From: Eledone cirrhosa
Taxonomy: Eukaryota
Assembly: GCA_964016885.1 (NCBI GenBank)
Contig: OZ024740.1
Span: 207,390,001-207,454,000 of the forward strand
Direction: 5' to 3'
DNA length: 64,000 bases
Shown here: positions 40,353 to 54,062 of the stretch, in pieces
Layout of the letters: every line of letters starts with the position of its first letter
Numbering within the stretch: position 1 is the stretch's first letter
Position numbers and translations under genes: made by a program
The notes under the pieces: model-generated
Told to the model about the DNA's origin: nothing
The model's database searches: none
Seen by the model: only the letters and a program-made list of their open reading frames with translations

Positions 40353-40914
40353 ATAATAATAATATTCACATCCAAAATGTTTAAATGCTTTAACAGTGTT
40401 TTTCAATATTTAACCCTTTAGCATTCACATTACTCTATATAAACTATTAATGTACTGGGTAATTGCTGGCCTTGTGCCAAAAGTAGAAACAATTATATTT
40501 TCATGGTAAAAGCTTTATCTCACATAATTATCTCACATAATATAGAATCTGAGATTTTGAAAGTATTTATTTTGATTACAATACCTTAACATCAGTTTGA
40601 GTGACCAGTTACAGCCAGTTTCAACAGAAAAGGGTAGAGAATTCTGGCCGCTTTGAACATTAAAGGGTTAAAGGTTCCATTTCCCTATCCATCTCCACAC
40701 CTGAATACATCCGATTTCTCTCTCTCTCTCTATGTGTGAGGGGGTGGATGGGTGAGAAAGTGATAGAGGAATAATTGATCTTATACTGGACAAGTACTTT
40801 ATTGACTGCGAAAGGATGGAAGGCAAAGTTGGCCCCAGCAGTATAACAACCTCAAAAATTCTATCCAACGTTTTAAAAGCTCTGCTTGTTAATTTACTAA
40901 TTTTACCACACACT

Positions 40915-41190
40915 CAGTACACACTGTAAGGTAAGGTGGTTGGCGTTAGGATGGTTATCCAGCTGTAGGACCATGCTCCCAGTACACCCTGTAAAGTGGT
41001 TGTTAGGAAGAACATCCAGCCATAGAAACCATGCTCCCAGTACATACTGTGAGGTGGTTGGTGTTAGGAAGAACATCCAGCTGTAGGAACCATGCTCCTA
41101 GTACATACTGTGAGGTGGTTGGTGTTAGGAAGAACATCAAGCTGTAGGAACCATGCTCCTAGTACTCTGTAAACTGGTTGGTGTTAGGTA
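40915..41190 (+). repeat. Tandem array of about 60-bp units (4-5 copies) derived from the RTE 3' tail
   Basis: Unit GTGGTTGGTGTTAGGAAGAACATCCAGCTGTAGGAACC matches the reverse complement of the RTE tail at about 44335-44370. Confidence 0.8.
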
Positions 41191-41229
41191 TGGTTTCCTC
41201 GTCAATAACATATACATGTTGTACATCCT

Positions 41230-43050
41230 TCTATAGTATCCTGGTAAATAGCACATATCTGTTGGTGCATAGCTCTATGGTATGCTGGTAAATAGAATAT
41301 CCCTGTTGCTATAGTATCCTGGTAAATAAGACACACCTGTTAGTACATACCTCTATAATATCCTGGTAAATAGCACTATATCCGGTGGTACAAACCTTTA
41401 TAGTATCCTAACAAATAGCACTATAGTATCTGGTAAATAGCACTATAGTATCCTGGTAAATAGTACTATACCTGTTGGTACATATCTTTATAATATCTTG
41501 GCAAATAACATAGGATTTGTGGCTCAGTCATAATGCTGTAAGTAGCACAAACTTTGTGATACATACTGGCACAACAAAAAGCACCCAGTCCACCCTGTAA
41601 GGTGGTTGGTGTAAGGAAGGGGATCCAGCCATAGAAACCAAGCTAAAATACAGATCTATATGAGCATGGGTGTGGTCTCCTGACCTGAAGTATTTCATAA
41701 AACGATAACCTGTCTAATCCATGCAAATGTGGAAAATGGATGTTAAGTGATATTGATGATGATGATTGCCACAATATGTTAGTGAAGGTGCATGAACAAG
41801 TAGTTAGGTTGTTGGACTCATGATTATAAGGTTGTGGGTTCAATTCCTGAACTAGGAAGTGCAGTGTTCTTGATCATGAGGTTTCATTTGATATTGCTGT
41901 TCATAACAGGATTAGGACCCCTATTATTAAAACACCCAAGAAACCTCTTCATTGGAGGCCAATGTCTTGGTAAATAGCACAGAGTTTATTATAGATATCA
42001 TAGTGAGGGTGCATGGCCTTGTGGTTTGGGCATTGGACTCACAATCATAAGAAACCTGAGAAGCAACCTCATAGGAGGTCAACTAAACCTGCTTGGCCAT
42101 GGGCTGAGATTGTCATACTGGTCAGGTAAATAGCACAGACCTTGTAATATGTAGTGCCATAGTGCCCTGGTAAATAGCACATACCTTGTAATATGTAGTG
42201 CCATAGTGTCCTGGTAAATAGCACAGCCATTGTGATACATACTGTCATAGTGTCCTGGTAAATAGCACATATATTGTGATTTATAGGTAATGGTGACCTT
42301 GTGATACATAGTGCTGTAGTGTCCTGGTAAATAGCACATATATTGTGATGCACAATGTCATATTGAGCTGTCAAATAATATAGATATTGTAAAGTATGTT
42401 ATAGTGACCTGGTAAATAGAATAGACTTTGTGATACATTCTGTCATTAAGCTGGTAAATAACAAATATTTTGTGATATATACTGTCATAGTGTCTTGGTA
42501 AATAGCACAGATCTGGTGATTTGTATTGTCCTTGACCTGGAATATAGCACATATATTGTGATATATACATACTGTCTTAGTGTCCTAGTAAATAGCACAT
42601 ATATTGTCATATATACTGTCATAGTGTCTTGGTAAATAGCATATATATTGATATATACTGCCATAGTGTCCTGGTAAATAGCATATATATTGTGATATAT
42701 ATAGTGTCATAGTGTCCTGGTAAATAGCATATATCTATTGATATATACTGCTATAGTGTCTTGGTGAATAGCATATATCTTGTCATATATAGTGTCATAG
42801 TGTCCTGGTAAATATCACAAACCTGGTGATATATACTGTCATAGTGTCCTGGTAAATAGCATATATCTTGTCATATATATATAGTCATAGTGTCCTGGTA
42901 AATAGCATATAGCTTGTCATATATATACAGTTATAGTGTCCTGGTAAATAGCATATAGCTTGTCATATATATATATATACACAGTTATAGTGTCCTGGTA
43001 AATAGCATATATTTTGTCAAATATACTGACATAGTATCCTTGACCTGGTA
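41230..43050. repeat. Degenerate minisatellite of about 40-45 bp (core ATAGTGTCCTGGTAAATAGCA), interrupted by SINE fragments
   Basis: The core recurs dozens of times with related variable linkers. Confidence 0.85.
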
Positions 43051-43449
43051 AAAAATGTTGCCACACTTGAAGGGTCTTTTTTTTTAATCCTCTATAGTCA
43101 ATGTGTTTACATATATTTTCCAAATTCATGTTATGGTATACTTCTCTGTAAGGGGTAAGGAAGGGCAGATCTGGCTGTAGAGGAAAGGACTATGGAAGCC
43201 ATAAATGAAAGGAAAAGGAGGGGAAAAGCAAGGAGTCTATTGCCATAGGAGAGAGGGGGTAGGGGAGGGTAATGGACTGGGCTCTGGGCCTAGAGCATGG
43301 CAGTGTTGGAGCTGCACCTCACATATTTTGTCAATTTCCAGGTAAATAGCAGGGACCTTATGGTAAAACTGTCAGTGCCCTGGTAAGTAAGTTAGTCACT
43401 AATTAGTAAACTAGACATAGTAATGTGTGTATGCTTATATTCATGTATG

Positions 43450-43935
43450 TGTGTTGGTGCATGCATTTATGTGTCTATTTATGAGTATGTATGGAGCATG
43501 TATTTATGTGTCTATTTATGTATGTGTATGGGACATGTTTTTATGTGTCTATTTATGTATGTGTATGGAGCATGTATTTATGTGTCTATTTATGTATGTG
43601 TATGGGACATGTTTTTATGTGTCTATTTATGTATGTGTATGGAGCATGTATTTATGTGTCTATTTATGTATGTGTATGGGACATGTTTTTATGTGTCTAT
43701 TTATGTATGTGTATGGGACATGTTTTTATGTGTCTATTTATGTATGTGTATGGAGCATGTATTTATGTGTCTATTTATGTATGTGTATGGAGCATGTATT
43801 TATGTGTCTATTTATGTATGTGTATGGGACATGTTTTTATGTGTCTATTTATGAGTGTGTATGGAGCATGTATTTATGTGTCTATTTATGTATGTGTATG
43901 GGACATGTTTTTATGTGTCTATTTATGTATGTGTG
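43450..43935. repeat. 37-bp minisatellite, about 13 copies, two largely alternating variants
   Basis: ATGTGTCTATTTATGTATGTGTATG followed by GAGCATGTATTT or GGACATGTTTTT. Confidence 0.95.
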
Positions 43936-44215
43936 TGTATATACATAAATGTAAATTATGACAGATTCTATTTGGACATCTGGTATATAAACCTGACATA
44001 CCAGAAAAGAACCTGTTGAAACATTTGAGCAAAAATAGGACAAATTTTATCCTGGCATCATTATTATATATGAGTGTGTGTAGTATCTATAGAGAGAGAT
44101 TTCTGTGATTATGTATTTATTCTTACATGTCATAAGAGGTGAGTGGAAGTGTTTGTGTCAAGAAAGACATCTAGCTGTAAAATACTCCCTCAAAATCTTA
44201 TCCAACTCAAACCAG

Positions 44216-45200
44216 CATCATCATCATCATCGTTTAACGTCCATCTTCCACGCTTGCATGGGTTTGGATGGGAGTTTTCCCACTTGAGGCAAGAGTGGTT
44301 GTCTTGCCTCGCATAGGACTGTCTGGCGGGTTTTCTATGGCTGGATGCCCTTCCTAACACCAACCACGTTTACAGTGTGGACTAGGAGGTTTTTACAGTG
44401 TTACCTACACGGCCACATTACAGCGTGGTCTGTGTGTTTTTTTGTCGTGACACCTACACGACCTCATTTGTTTCGGACTGGATGTTGTGGTACCAACATA
44501 ACTTTACATTGAAAGGGGTGATGTGGATGGGACAGGGGTAGTGGGACGGGGGTGTATTTTGTTAGAGGTGCCTACTGACTGTAGTAGGTTTCACTTTGTA
44601 CTTAGGTAAGGCGGGTCTTCTCTATTACTGTGTAGCGCCAAAGATCTTGGTCCAGTGACATTGTCTTGGAGAGGTGTAAGTGTGTGAGGTCGGAATTTAT
44701 CAAGTCGTCCCAGGTTTTTCTGGGTCTGCCTACTCTGTGGCTACCGTCTATTTTTATTGCCCTGCACTTTTTTATACAGATGTCGTCTTTCATGCGCATC
44801 ACGTGACCATACCAACGTAGTCTTCTCTCGAGTAAACATCTGATCCCTCTTATTTCTAATTTTTTCCTTAGTTCGTTTATGCTTTGCCGTCACGTATATT
44901 ATTATTACACATCCAGCGGAGCATGCAAGCTTCGTTCCTCTCCAGTCTGCGTATATCCTCTGCACACAATGCCCAGGTCTCACTGCCATGCAACATTGCT
45001 GTTCGTATGCAGGCATCATACAGCCTGCCTTTCATTTTTAGAGAGAACCCTTTAGCGGCTAATAGTGGTATAAGCTCTCTGAACTTTTTCCATCCAGTTC
45101 TGACTCTAGCTACTGTACTTTCGAAGCACCCTCCCCCACTGCTGATTTTGTCACCCAAGTAACGGAAGGTGTCCACTATTTCTATAGAACCATCTGTGCA
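44216..45200 (-). mobile_element. RTE-clade LINE, 5'-truncated
   Basis: FRYLGD, GWKKFREL, MLHGSETW, LRWYGHVMRM, GRPRKTW; (GAT)n tail. Confidence 0.9.
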
Positions 45201-45309
45201 ATGGAATAAAGATATATATATATCTCTTGTATTACTTTTATTTATATATTTTTTGCCCGTTAAACTCTTGCATTTCTTGAGGAGACTTTTCAAATATTTC
45301 ACTGTTTTA

Positions 45310-45387
45310 AATTGCCTTGTCCGACGAACGAATGAGGACGTTTTTCGTATTCGTCTTATTCGGGAAACATCTGGTAATGAGGTAATT
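45310..45387 (+). ncRNA. Type I hammerhead-like motif with one core mutation (CCGACGA)
   Basis: 11-bp stem I AATTGCCTTGT/ATGAGGTAATT; long stem II CGAATGAGGACG/CGTCTTATTCG; GAAA at 45364; GUA site at 45376. Confidence 0.65.
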
Positions 45388-45504
45388 ATATTGTATTGTT
45401 TATTATACATTAAATTTTGCTCTGGTACTTACATAGAGCACTCTTCACTCCTATGACTTTTTCAATTTTCAACGGAAACTTCAATACTTATATATATATA
45501 TATG

Positions 45505-46070
45505 TGTGTGTGTGTGTAAAATGGTGGTGATGATGATGTGTGTGTGTGTGTAAAATGGTGGTGATGATGATGTGTGTGTGTGTGTGTAAAATGATGATGA
45601 TGATGATGTGTGTGTGTGTGTGTAAAATGGTGATGATGATGATGTGTGTGTGTGTGTGTAAAATGGTGGTGATGATGATGATGATGATGATGTGTGTGTG
45701 TGTGTGTGTAAAACGATGATGATGATGTGTGTGTGTAAAGTGGTGATGATGTGTGTGTGTGTGTGTGTAAAATGGTGATGATGATGTGTGTGTGTGTGTG
45801 TAAAGTGGTGGTGATGATGTGTGTGTGTGTGTGTGTGTAAAATGGTGATGATGATGATGATGTGTGTGTGTGTGAAAAATGGTGGTGATGATGATGTGTG
45901 TGTAAAATGATGATGATGTGTGTGTGTGTGTGTGTGTAAAATGGTGATGATGTGTGTGTGTGTGTGTAAAATGGTGGTGATGATGATGATGGTGTGTGTG
46001 TGTGTGTGTGTGTGTGTGAAATGGTGATGATGATGATGTGTGTGTGTGTGTGTGTAAAGTGGTGGTGATG

Positions 46071-46103
<33 letters not shown>

Positions 46104-46150
46104 GGTGATGATGATGATGTGCGTGTGTGTGAAAAATGGTAATGATGATA
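45505..46150. repeat. Compound (GT)n-AAAAT-(GGT/GAT)n minisatellite
   Basis: Directly visible; the unit resumes at about 47452 after the RTE insertion. Confidence 0.9.
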
Positions 46151-46165
46151 TCTAATGTGTGGGTC

Positions 46166-47451
46166 ATCATCATCGTTTAACGTCCATCTTCCACGCTAGC
46201 ATGGGTTTAGACGGGAATTGTCCCACTCAAGGCAAGATTGGTTGTCTTGCTCGTGTAGGACTGTCTGGCAGGTTTTCTATGGCTGGATGCCCTTCCTAAC
46301 ACCAACCACGTTTACAGTGTGGACTGGGAGGTTTTTACCGCGTTAACTTCACGGCCACATTACAGTGTGGACTGTGTGTTTTTTTGTTGTGACACCTACA
46401 CAACCTCATTTATTTAAGACTAGATGTTGTGATACCAACATAACTTTACAGCGAGGGCGGTGGGGGTAGTGGGACGGGGGTGTATTTTGGTTAAGAGGTG
46501 CCTACTGACTGTAGGTTTCACTTTGTACTTAGGCAAGGCGGGTCTTCTGTATTACTGCGTAGCGCCAAAGATCTCGGTCCAGTGACATTGTCTTGGAGAG
46601 GTGTAAATGTGTAAGGTCAGAATTTATCAAGTCGTCCCAGGTTTTTCTGGGTCTGCCTACTCCGTGACTACCGTCTATTTTTATTGCCCTGCACTTTTTT
46701 ATACAGCTGTCGTCTTTCATGCGCATCACGTGACCATACCAACGTAGTCTTCTCTCGAGTAAACAACATCTGATCCCTTTTATTACTAATTTTTTCCTTA
46801 GTTCATTTATGCTTTGCTGTTCACATATTTACTGTTACACATCCAGCGGAGCATGCAAGATTCGTTCCTCTCCAGTCTGTGTAATCCTCTGCACACAATG
46901 CCCAGGTCTCACTGCCATGTAACATTGCTGTTCGTATGCTGGCATCATACAGTCTGCCTTTCATTTTTAGGGAGAAACCTTTAGCGGCCAATAGTGGTAT
47001 AAGCTCTCTGAACTTTTTCCATCCCGTTCTGTCTCTAGCTACTGTACTTTCAGAGCACCCCCCACCACTGCTGATTTTGTCACCCAGGTAACGGAAGGTG
47101 TCCACTATTTCTATAGAACCATCTGGGCAATGGAAGGAGCTAGTATCCTGTGGGCACTTGCTACTACTTATTGCACCTGAGCACCAGCCACATATAAAAT
47201 CTATGTTCTTAGTTAGCTTACCTGTGATCCCACTACATCTTTTATGCACCCATACTTTGCATTTGAGACATAAAATAGAGTTTCTGCCTACTCCTTTCCT
47301 ACACACTGAGCATGGCCATTTCCCAGAGGGGACCTGTGCCCTATTTTCCTTCCTACATACTAGCACTTTAGTCTCAGACAAGTTAATTTTAAGGCCTTTT
47401 GATTCTAGGCCATGCTTCCATGTTTGGAATTTCTTCTCTAGTTCAGCCATC
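46166..47451 (-). mobile_element. RTE-clade LINE, 5'-truncated, same family as 44216-45200
   Basis: GLKINLSETKVL, a Cys/His finger, FRYLGD, GSETW, GRPRKTW; near-identical 3' UTR. Confidence 0.92.
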
Positions 47452-48174
47452 GATGTGTGTGTAAAATGGTGGTGATGATGTGTGTGTGTGTAAGTGGCAG
47501 TACTAGCGCTATAATAAAATGTACAATGGTATCCCGGAGTAGTAACCTTCTCTAGTGTTGGTGCCATGAAAACTGCACCCTGTAAAGTGGTTGGTGAAAG
47601 GAAATGTATCTATCAGGTGTAGAAAACTTGCCAAAAAAAGGGTCAGGAGAACTGTTCAGTTATGTCAAAGACCTGACAGTCTTCTTACTGCTGGTACCAT
47701 GATTAAAGGCACCTGGTCACCTCTGTATGAAATCGAGATCTGGCCCAGAATGAGTAGCTGGGAAAACAGATGATGATGATTGAGCAATTCAAATGAGAAA
47801 AAGGTGATATATGTATGTTAGTGTGTGTATAAATAATAAACAGCTAACACAAAATAACTGGCAGTTACTTTACCTTTTAAAGTCTTTGGAAATAACAGGT
47901 GTCATTATCATCATCATCACCGTCATCACCGTTTAACCATCCTCCAGAGAAACGGCTTCTCTATTCTGTCTGCCAGGGTCACAGGGCAACCAGCACGTGG
48001 GCCCCCATTTTCTCATAATAGCGAGAGATGGGGAGACGGAAGCAGTGACGGTGGGAGTTTGGTTCCTTTGTGTTCGGACCTGGCGTATATTTATTTAGTC
48101 TTTGTTTTTTATGGCAAATTCATTTATCACACTCGCCTGCTTCAACGCATTCAGAACATAAGCTGGTGACATCT

Positions 48175-48470
48175 GACTTTGAAAGAAATATATGCCGGCC
48201 TCCCATGCATATCTGTCGTTGTACGTAAAAGGAGAGTAAGATTTGCTGGTCACTGTCATCGTGCCACCTATGAGGCTGTGGCCCCATTAGTGCTTTGGAA
48301 ATCACAAGCAGTCACTAATATCAAGGGGTGCAAGCTCTCCTACCCGATGTCATCTCCAGAGATTCTGGTATTGAAATCCAGGATGTGGTGGCAGCAATGA
48401 ATGACAGACCCACGTGGAGATTAATTGTTGAGTCGATTTTGGCTGAGGTCGCCAGATGAGGATGATGATG
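48175..48470 (+). mobile_element. 3' fragment of another RTE-like LINE
   Basis: RRVRFAGHCHR...VLW motif; GATGATGATGA tail. Confidence 0.6.
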
Positions 48471-48631
48471 AGTTGTTATAAGTAATATGTTAAAATGAAT
48501 CCCGGAAAAATATCACATAAATATATATTTAATTCTAACTCTAACTGGATTTCAACTGTTTTCAGTGGGATTTATCCTCATATATTTATAGATATTTTCC
48601 CATTTTTTATGGTGTTTAAATAAAAAAAAAA

Positions 48632-49120
48632 AGTTTAACATCCATTTTTTCCACGTTAGCATGGGTTAGATGAGTTATCCTGTTGTGAGATAAGCAAGGT
48701 CAGGTGACCGTGTCTTACTCATACAGGACTGTTTCTGGTTGGGTTTTTACAGCTGGATGCCCTTCCTAATGCCAACCACATTTACAGTGAGTACTGGGTG
48801 TTTTTTGTTGTGACACCTACACAACCCTTTACAGAGTGGACTGGGTGCTTTTTGTTCTGGCACATACATGACAATTTACAGTGTGGGCTGGGGGCTTTTA
48901 GTTGTGACACCAACACGACCACTTTACAGTGTGGGCTGGGAGCTTTTTTGTCATGACACCTACACAACCACTTTACAGTGTGGGCTGGGGGCTTTTAGTT
49001 GTGACACCAACACGACCACTTTACAGTGTGGGCTGGGAGCTTTTTTGTCATGACACCTACACAACCACTTTACAGTGTGGGCTGGGGGCTTTTTTGTCAT
49101 GACACCTACACAACCACTTA
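48632..49120 (-). mobile_element. RTE-tail short element with internal tandem repeats; a related copy lies at 50465-50790
   Basis: GCTGGATGCCCTTCCTAATGCCAACCAC followed by repeated ACCACTTTACAGTGTGGGCTGGG. Confidence 0.75.
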
Positions 49121-51039
49121 GTTTTGGTTTCTACACTTGCTAATTATACCTAAGAGGTTCGTCAAGATTTTGTAGCATGAGGTGTCCGAAATTGCAAGGT
49201 ATTCTAACACATGCTAGCATGAAAAATAGATATTAAATGATGATGATGTACTAAAAAGAATGAGATGTAACTGAGAGGTGCCTATGGAATGATAACAACA
49301 TACTTTCCCCTCACAGACATCAAAAAGAGTCATTGAGATGTTATTATGAGAGTTTGTTGAATAGCAAAATCTATTGGAGAAATGGGACCTACTTCAAGTA
49401 GACTCAACAGAGACCATTCATCGAAGTCCTTATTTGTATGGTGAGTTGACAGACTTATTAGAGCAGAATTCAAATATCTGTCCTGGCTCTCTGATGAAAT
49501 AAAGTACCTGACCAGAGCAGTGGATTGACAGAATTGTTAGGGCATCAGATGAGATGCCTCATCGTTTTTGTTCCAGTCTTTTGCATTATGAGTTTAAATC
49601 CTGCTATGGACTACTTGGGTGGTAGATTTAAACTCTCATGTGGCCTTAGGGTCTTTTAACATTCCATTAAAATTAGGTCACTGGTTTGAGAATACCTTTC
49701 TTTGTCTCTCCTATCAGAACTAGAGATGGACCCTGGGAACTGCTCTTCCCACCCTGACTAAACAGAAAAAAAACTAAAAGAGAAATTAATGACATGAAGA
49801 CACGGAAGGGAGCTGGATCATTAAGGATAGTTGCTGAAATGCTTAGAATATCTGGCAAAGTAGGTCATGTGCTTGGTCTCTATGGTGTTCCTCAGGATAT
49901 ATCGAAGCTGTCAAGGTCCTATATCTTACACTTCTGCAATAACCTAAACCCCAGGTGGAGAGACCCAACCCATATCAATCAAAACTGGATTTCTTCAAGA
50001 AAATATCTTGATTTTTCTTCTTTTCATTGTAGGTTGATTACATCCTGCATATGTCTGTAGACTAAAACAAGGAGAGAAGTCTAGAAATTCAACCTCGAAG
50101 AAGCTATCATTATGCTGCTCAATATTACAGACACAGATTTTGTTGATGATATCACTTTGATAAATAATACACTTGTGAATGCCTAATCTCTATTAACATC
50201 CCTTGAGATTGCTGCAAATTGTGTTGGACTATCAGAACGAGACAAAAACTGAATACATGAATTGTTGCCAAACTATTGATCCATCTTCTTCTTTGCCCAC
50301 TTATTCCTGAGAGTGTCGTAGGTGCAGAGCCCTCAAACACTCCTTCCAGCAGGTCCTGTCCGAAGCAACCCTCTCCAACTGATCTGGCCAGATCCCCAAG
50401 TAAGACCAGCCAAGCCCATGGATGTTATCCAACCATCTTGCTTGGGGTCTTCATGGGACAACATTCTCATCACCATTTAACATCTATTTTTTCCATGCTT
50501 AGATGAGTTGTCCCATTGTGAGATAGGCCAGGTCAGATGACCCTGTCTTGCTCAATCAGAACTGATTTGGGCTTGGTTTCTATGGCTGGATGCCCTTCAT
50601 GATGCCAACCACATTTACAGTGTCGTGACACACCACTTTACAGTGTGGGCTGGGTGCTTTTTGTTAGTGCACCTACACAACCACTTTAGTGTGCATTGGA
50701 TGCCTTTTGTTGTGACTCCTACACAAACACTTTACAGAATAGGTTGGGCACTTTTTTTGCATCGCCATCAAGGACACTTTACAGTGTGTGAATGGGACTT
50801 TGGTGGAGATGTGCAGGGGTCGGGGAGGTGGGCATAGGGGCGTGTGTGAGGGATGACTATTAATGCATGTTAAAAATCTAGGGGGGGGGGGCACTTAATG
50901 CTCCAGCAAATCTATGGTTAACTTTTAAGAGTTTCACAGATTGTTAAAGCAAGATGGGTGCAATCTGCTGGTCACTGCAGTATGTGTTTATAAGAAGGTA
51001 TTAGTAGTACTGCTGTCCTCTTTCTAGTGAGACTGTTAC

Positions 51040-51730
51040 AAGGGAAGTACTTAGCAAGGAGTAAACCTCTCTACTTAGCCTTTGCTGACCTGGAGAAGAC
51101 CTTTAACAGGTTTCATACTCTGTAAAACTGATGGTCACTACGAAAACTAGGGTTAGACAAATGGCTTGTGAAAGCCATGTACAGAGATGCAGTCAGCAAG
51201 ATGAGACTTAGGATTAGACAAATGACTTGAAAGCATTAGGGTTAGACAAATGGCTAGTTGGAGTAAGGGTTAGACAAATGGTTTATGAGAGCTGTGTAAG
51301 TCCTGTACAGAGATGTAGTCAGCAAGGTGTGAGTTTGAAATGTGTTTAGCGAGGATTATTGTCTGCATTTTAATTTCCATCAAAGTTTAGTTCTTAGCTT
51401 CCTATAGTTTATTATAGTCCTCTGGATCATAATAGAAGAGTTTAAGACTCTCTGTGTGAACTTCAACAAGATATTCCTCATAAATGAACTAGTCAAAGAT
51501 CAGGAAATTAAATACCAAACTTTGAAGCAAAACCTAGAATGTTGAAGATTAAAAGTTTAATTAGAAAGAAAGAAAACAGGGTCTTACTGCCATCATAAAG
51601 TAACTATGCTCAATATGCTGAAAAGGAATAGGTAGAATTTTCCAAACAATATATCCATTGCTAACAACAGATGCACAGTGTGCAGTGGATTTGTAAGCAA
51701 GGAAAGTAGACTTTATGTGGCAGATGCACA
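51040..51730 (+). mobile_element. Highly decayed RTE RT fragment
   Basis: YLAFADLEKTFNR and LRKLGLDKWLVKAMYRDA remnants with many stops. Confidence 0.65.
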
Positions 51731-53914
51731 GGAGTTAGTAGTAAGAGTACATAATTAGAAGAGTAAGATTGGGGAGGACAAAGTTCAAGTTATCTCTGTT
51801 GACAATAAAGGATTTCTCTCTCAGAGTGAAGGGCAGATTGTATGTAAAGCAGTAGAGGTGATGTGCTCCCACACTAAACACAGGTGACATGATGAGAAAG
51901 ATAGTGATGGTAAAGAGGTCCATTGATAGGTGAGTGTGAGATGAGAGAGTGATGAAGACACGAGGAAAACAGTATATGGTAAAATAGATAGTTGGTGTTA
52001 GAGGGATTTAATGTGGTCATATATCCCTACCTCATCAGCACTATCATCATCATCATTTTCTATGCTTGATTGTGTAGGGTAGCACTTCACAAAATAACAC
52101 TTCACAATTTGTAGTCCTTTGCCATCTCCTTTACATCACTTCCACTGCTATCCATCACTCTCACCCTGTCACCTGTGTTAGGGGTGGGAGGCACCATCAC
52201 CATCACTCTCACCATGTCACCTATGATAGGGGAGGACCACTGCCACTCACTTTATTCCCTTCTCAATTATTGTTGTCATTTACAACTGTCTTTGACATTT
52301 CCAGTACCTTTCTCTTATCCAATCATGTTGCTCATGCTTTTCATACCTAATCTCTTTACCAATAATTATCATGTAGCTGCATATCATTTTCTTACTTTCA
52401 TCTCCCTCATGTACCATTACCTTTCTATCATTCTCTTTCTCCTTTCAAGCAGGTCCTCTTCTCACATCTAGCTGCTACTGGTGATAAAATGAATGGAGAC
52501 AACAGGGTGACTATAAATGTTGAAGATTGTGGTTCTCAAACTTATTGTCATGGCCAAAAATCACCAAACATACACCTATATTCTACGGACAATCCCCTAC
52601 CACCTTAATTTTAATAAAACAATAAATGAAATCAGAATATTTTTAGAGAGAATTTAATTATCTTCTCTGCCAATATATTCCTGGGAGGCTGGTGAGGGAA
52701 ATGTCCTCAAACACACCTTCCAGCAAGTCTTCTCTCAATTCAGAGTAGTAGCTCTACTTGGAATGACTATCTGATCTCTGAGCTATGCACTCTATCGAGT
52801 AATGTTATTCCAAAGATCCTATGGAGGAACCCTATTTCGGTTGCTTGTATTTGTGATTCTTCTGAAGGGTCTTTGAATTTAATTATATAAAATTAAATCT
52901 TATTTTTACCAAAAAAAAAACAAAAAAACAAAAAAACACCTTGTTTAAGAGAACTGACTGGGAAATACTGGTCTAGAGTGGTTCTATCCTGTTTACCACA
53001 TTGTACTTACTTTTCTAAACACATTCCTCGGAGTGTTTTTTAAAAGGAAACTAAGGTTCACATGCAAAGTACTGGAGAGAGAGGAGCAGACAGAGAACGG
53101 GTAAAGTTCTTATATTTCATGTCTTTTTGCTGACTTTAGAAATAGTGATGGAATCAACAGTCTAAAGTATCTCTCCCACTCACTACCATTACCACCACTC
53201 TCTAAAGTCTCTCTCTCTTTCCTTCTCTCTATCAACATTCACATTCTAAGGAATATATCTCCCCCCCCCCAACTCTAAAAAGCCCGTGTCCCTCTCTACC
53301 ACCATTAATTCCCAAAGGAGTCCCTCCCTTTCACTACTACAACTATCACCATTAACCAGTGTAATAGAGTCAACTTTGGATATACACTAATCACAGCCAC
53401 ATCCTTTAGTATATATATATTTGCTGTTGTTCAGTTTTGATGATGTAGAACAGTAGAACTTGTAAAGCATCACCAAGGCTTACAATCCACTCTCCATACA
53501 GTCATTCAGGTTATAGTTACGCTCTGATTACAGTCACATCTGTAAATCACCCCTCCCCTTCTTTACTTCGCTCCTTTTCTAACCAGAAAGGAAATCAGCA
53601 ATTTATATATTTCTACATTAAAACTTTGTACTCCCTTTTCGTATCACGCCTTTTAGGCACTTTCCAGAAGAACGGTTGAAAGCACTGTAAGGGTGTGATA
53701 GCTGTATTAAAGAATCTTCTCGCCACCACTAGTAGAAATAGATTCAATATAATCAGTTAGTTTACAGCCATACATGTATGAGGGAGACGTAGGACGCAGT
53801 ATTGACGTACGGCGTTTCTAGAGCATTAAACAAAAAAAATGACAAAGCCCATCTCTAAATACAACAGATTTTTTCCATGAGGAGGATAGAGGGAGAGAGA
53901 ATGGAAGTAAGGAA

Positions 53915-54062
53915 AAATCGACTGGTACTTTTTTTTATCGGCCTTGAAAGGATGAAAGGCAAGGTTGACATCGGCAGGATTTGAACTCAGAGAGAAGAGA
54001 GCCGAAATGAATACCACAAAGCATTCCATCCGACGTTCTAACAACTCCGCCAAATCGCCACC
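53915..54062 (-). mobile_element. SINE family B-related
   Basis: CTGGTACTT...AAGGATGAAAGGCAAGGTTGAC...GATTTGAACTCAGA. Confidence 0.8.

Noticed and set aside
41230-43050. Conserved core with variable linkers resembling a CRISPR array
   Set aside because: The linkers are related to one another, the cores are degenerate, there are no cas genes, and the context is eukaryotic.
43423-43961. Cys/Met/Tyr-rich ORFs in three frames
   Set aside because: Produced by the 37-bp minisatellite.
45481-46173. His/Thr-rich 230-aa ORF
   Set aside because: Translation of a compound (CA)n/(CAT)n microsatellite.
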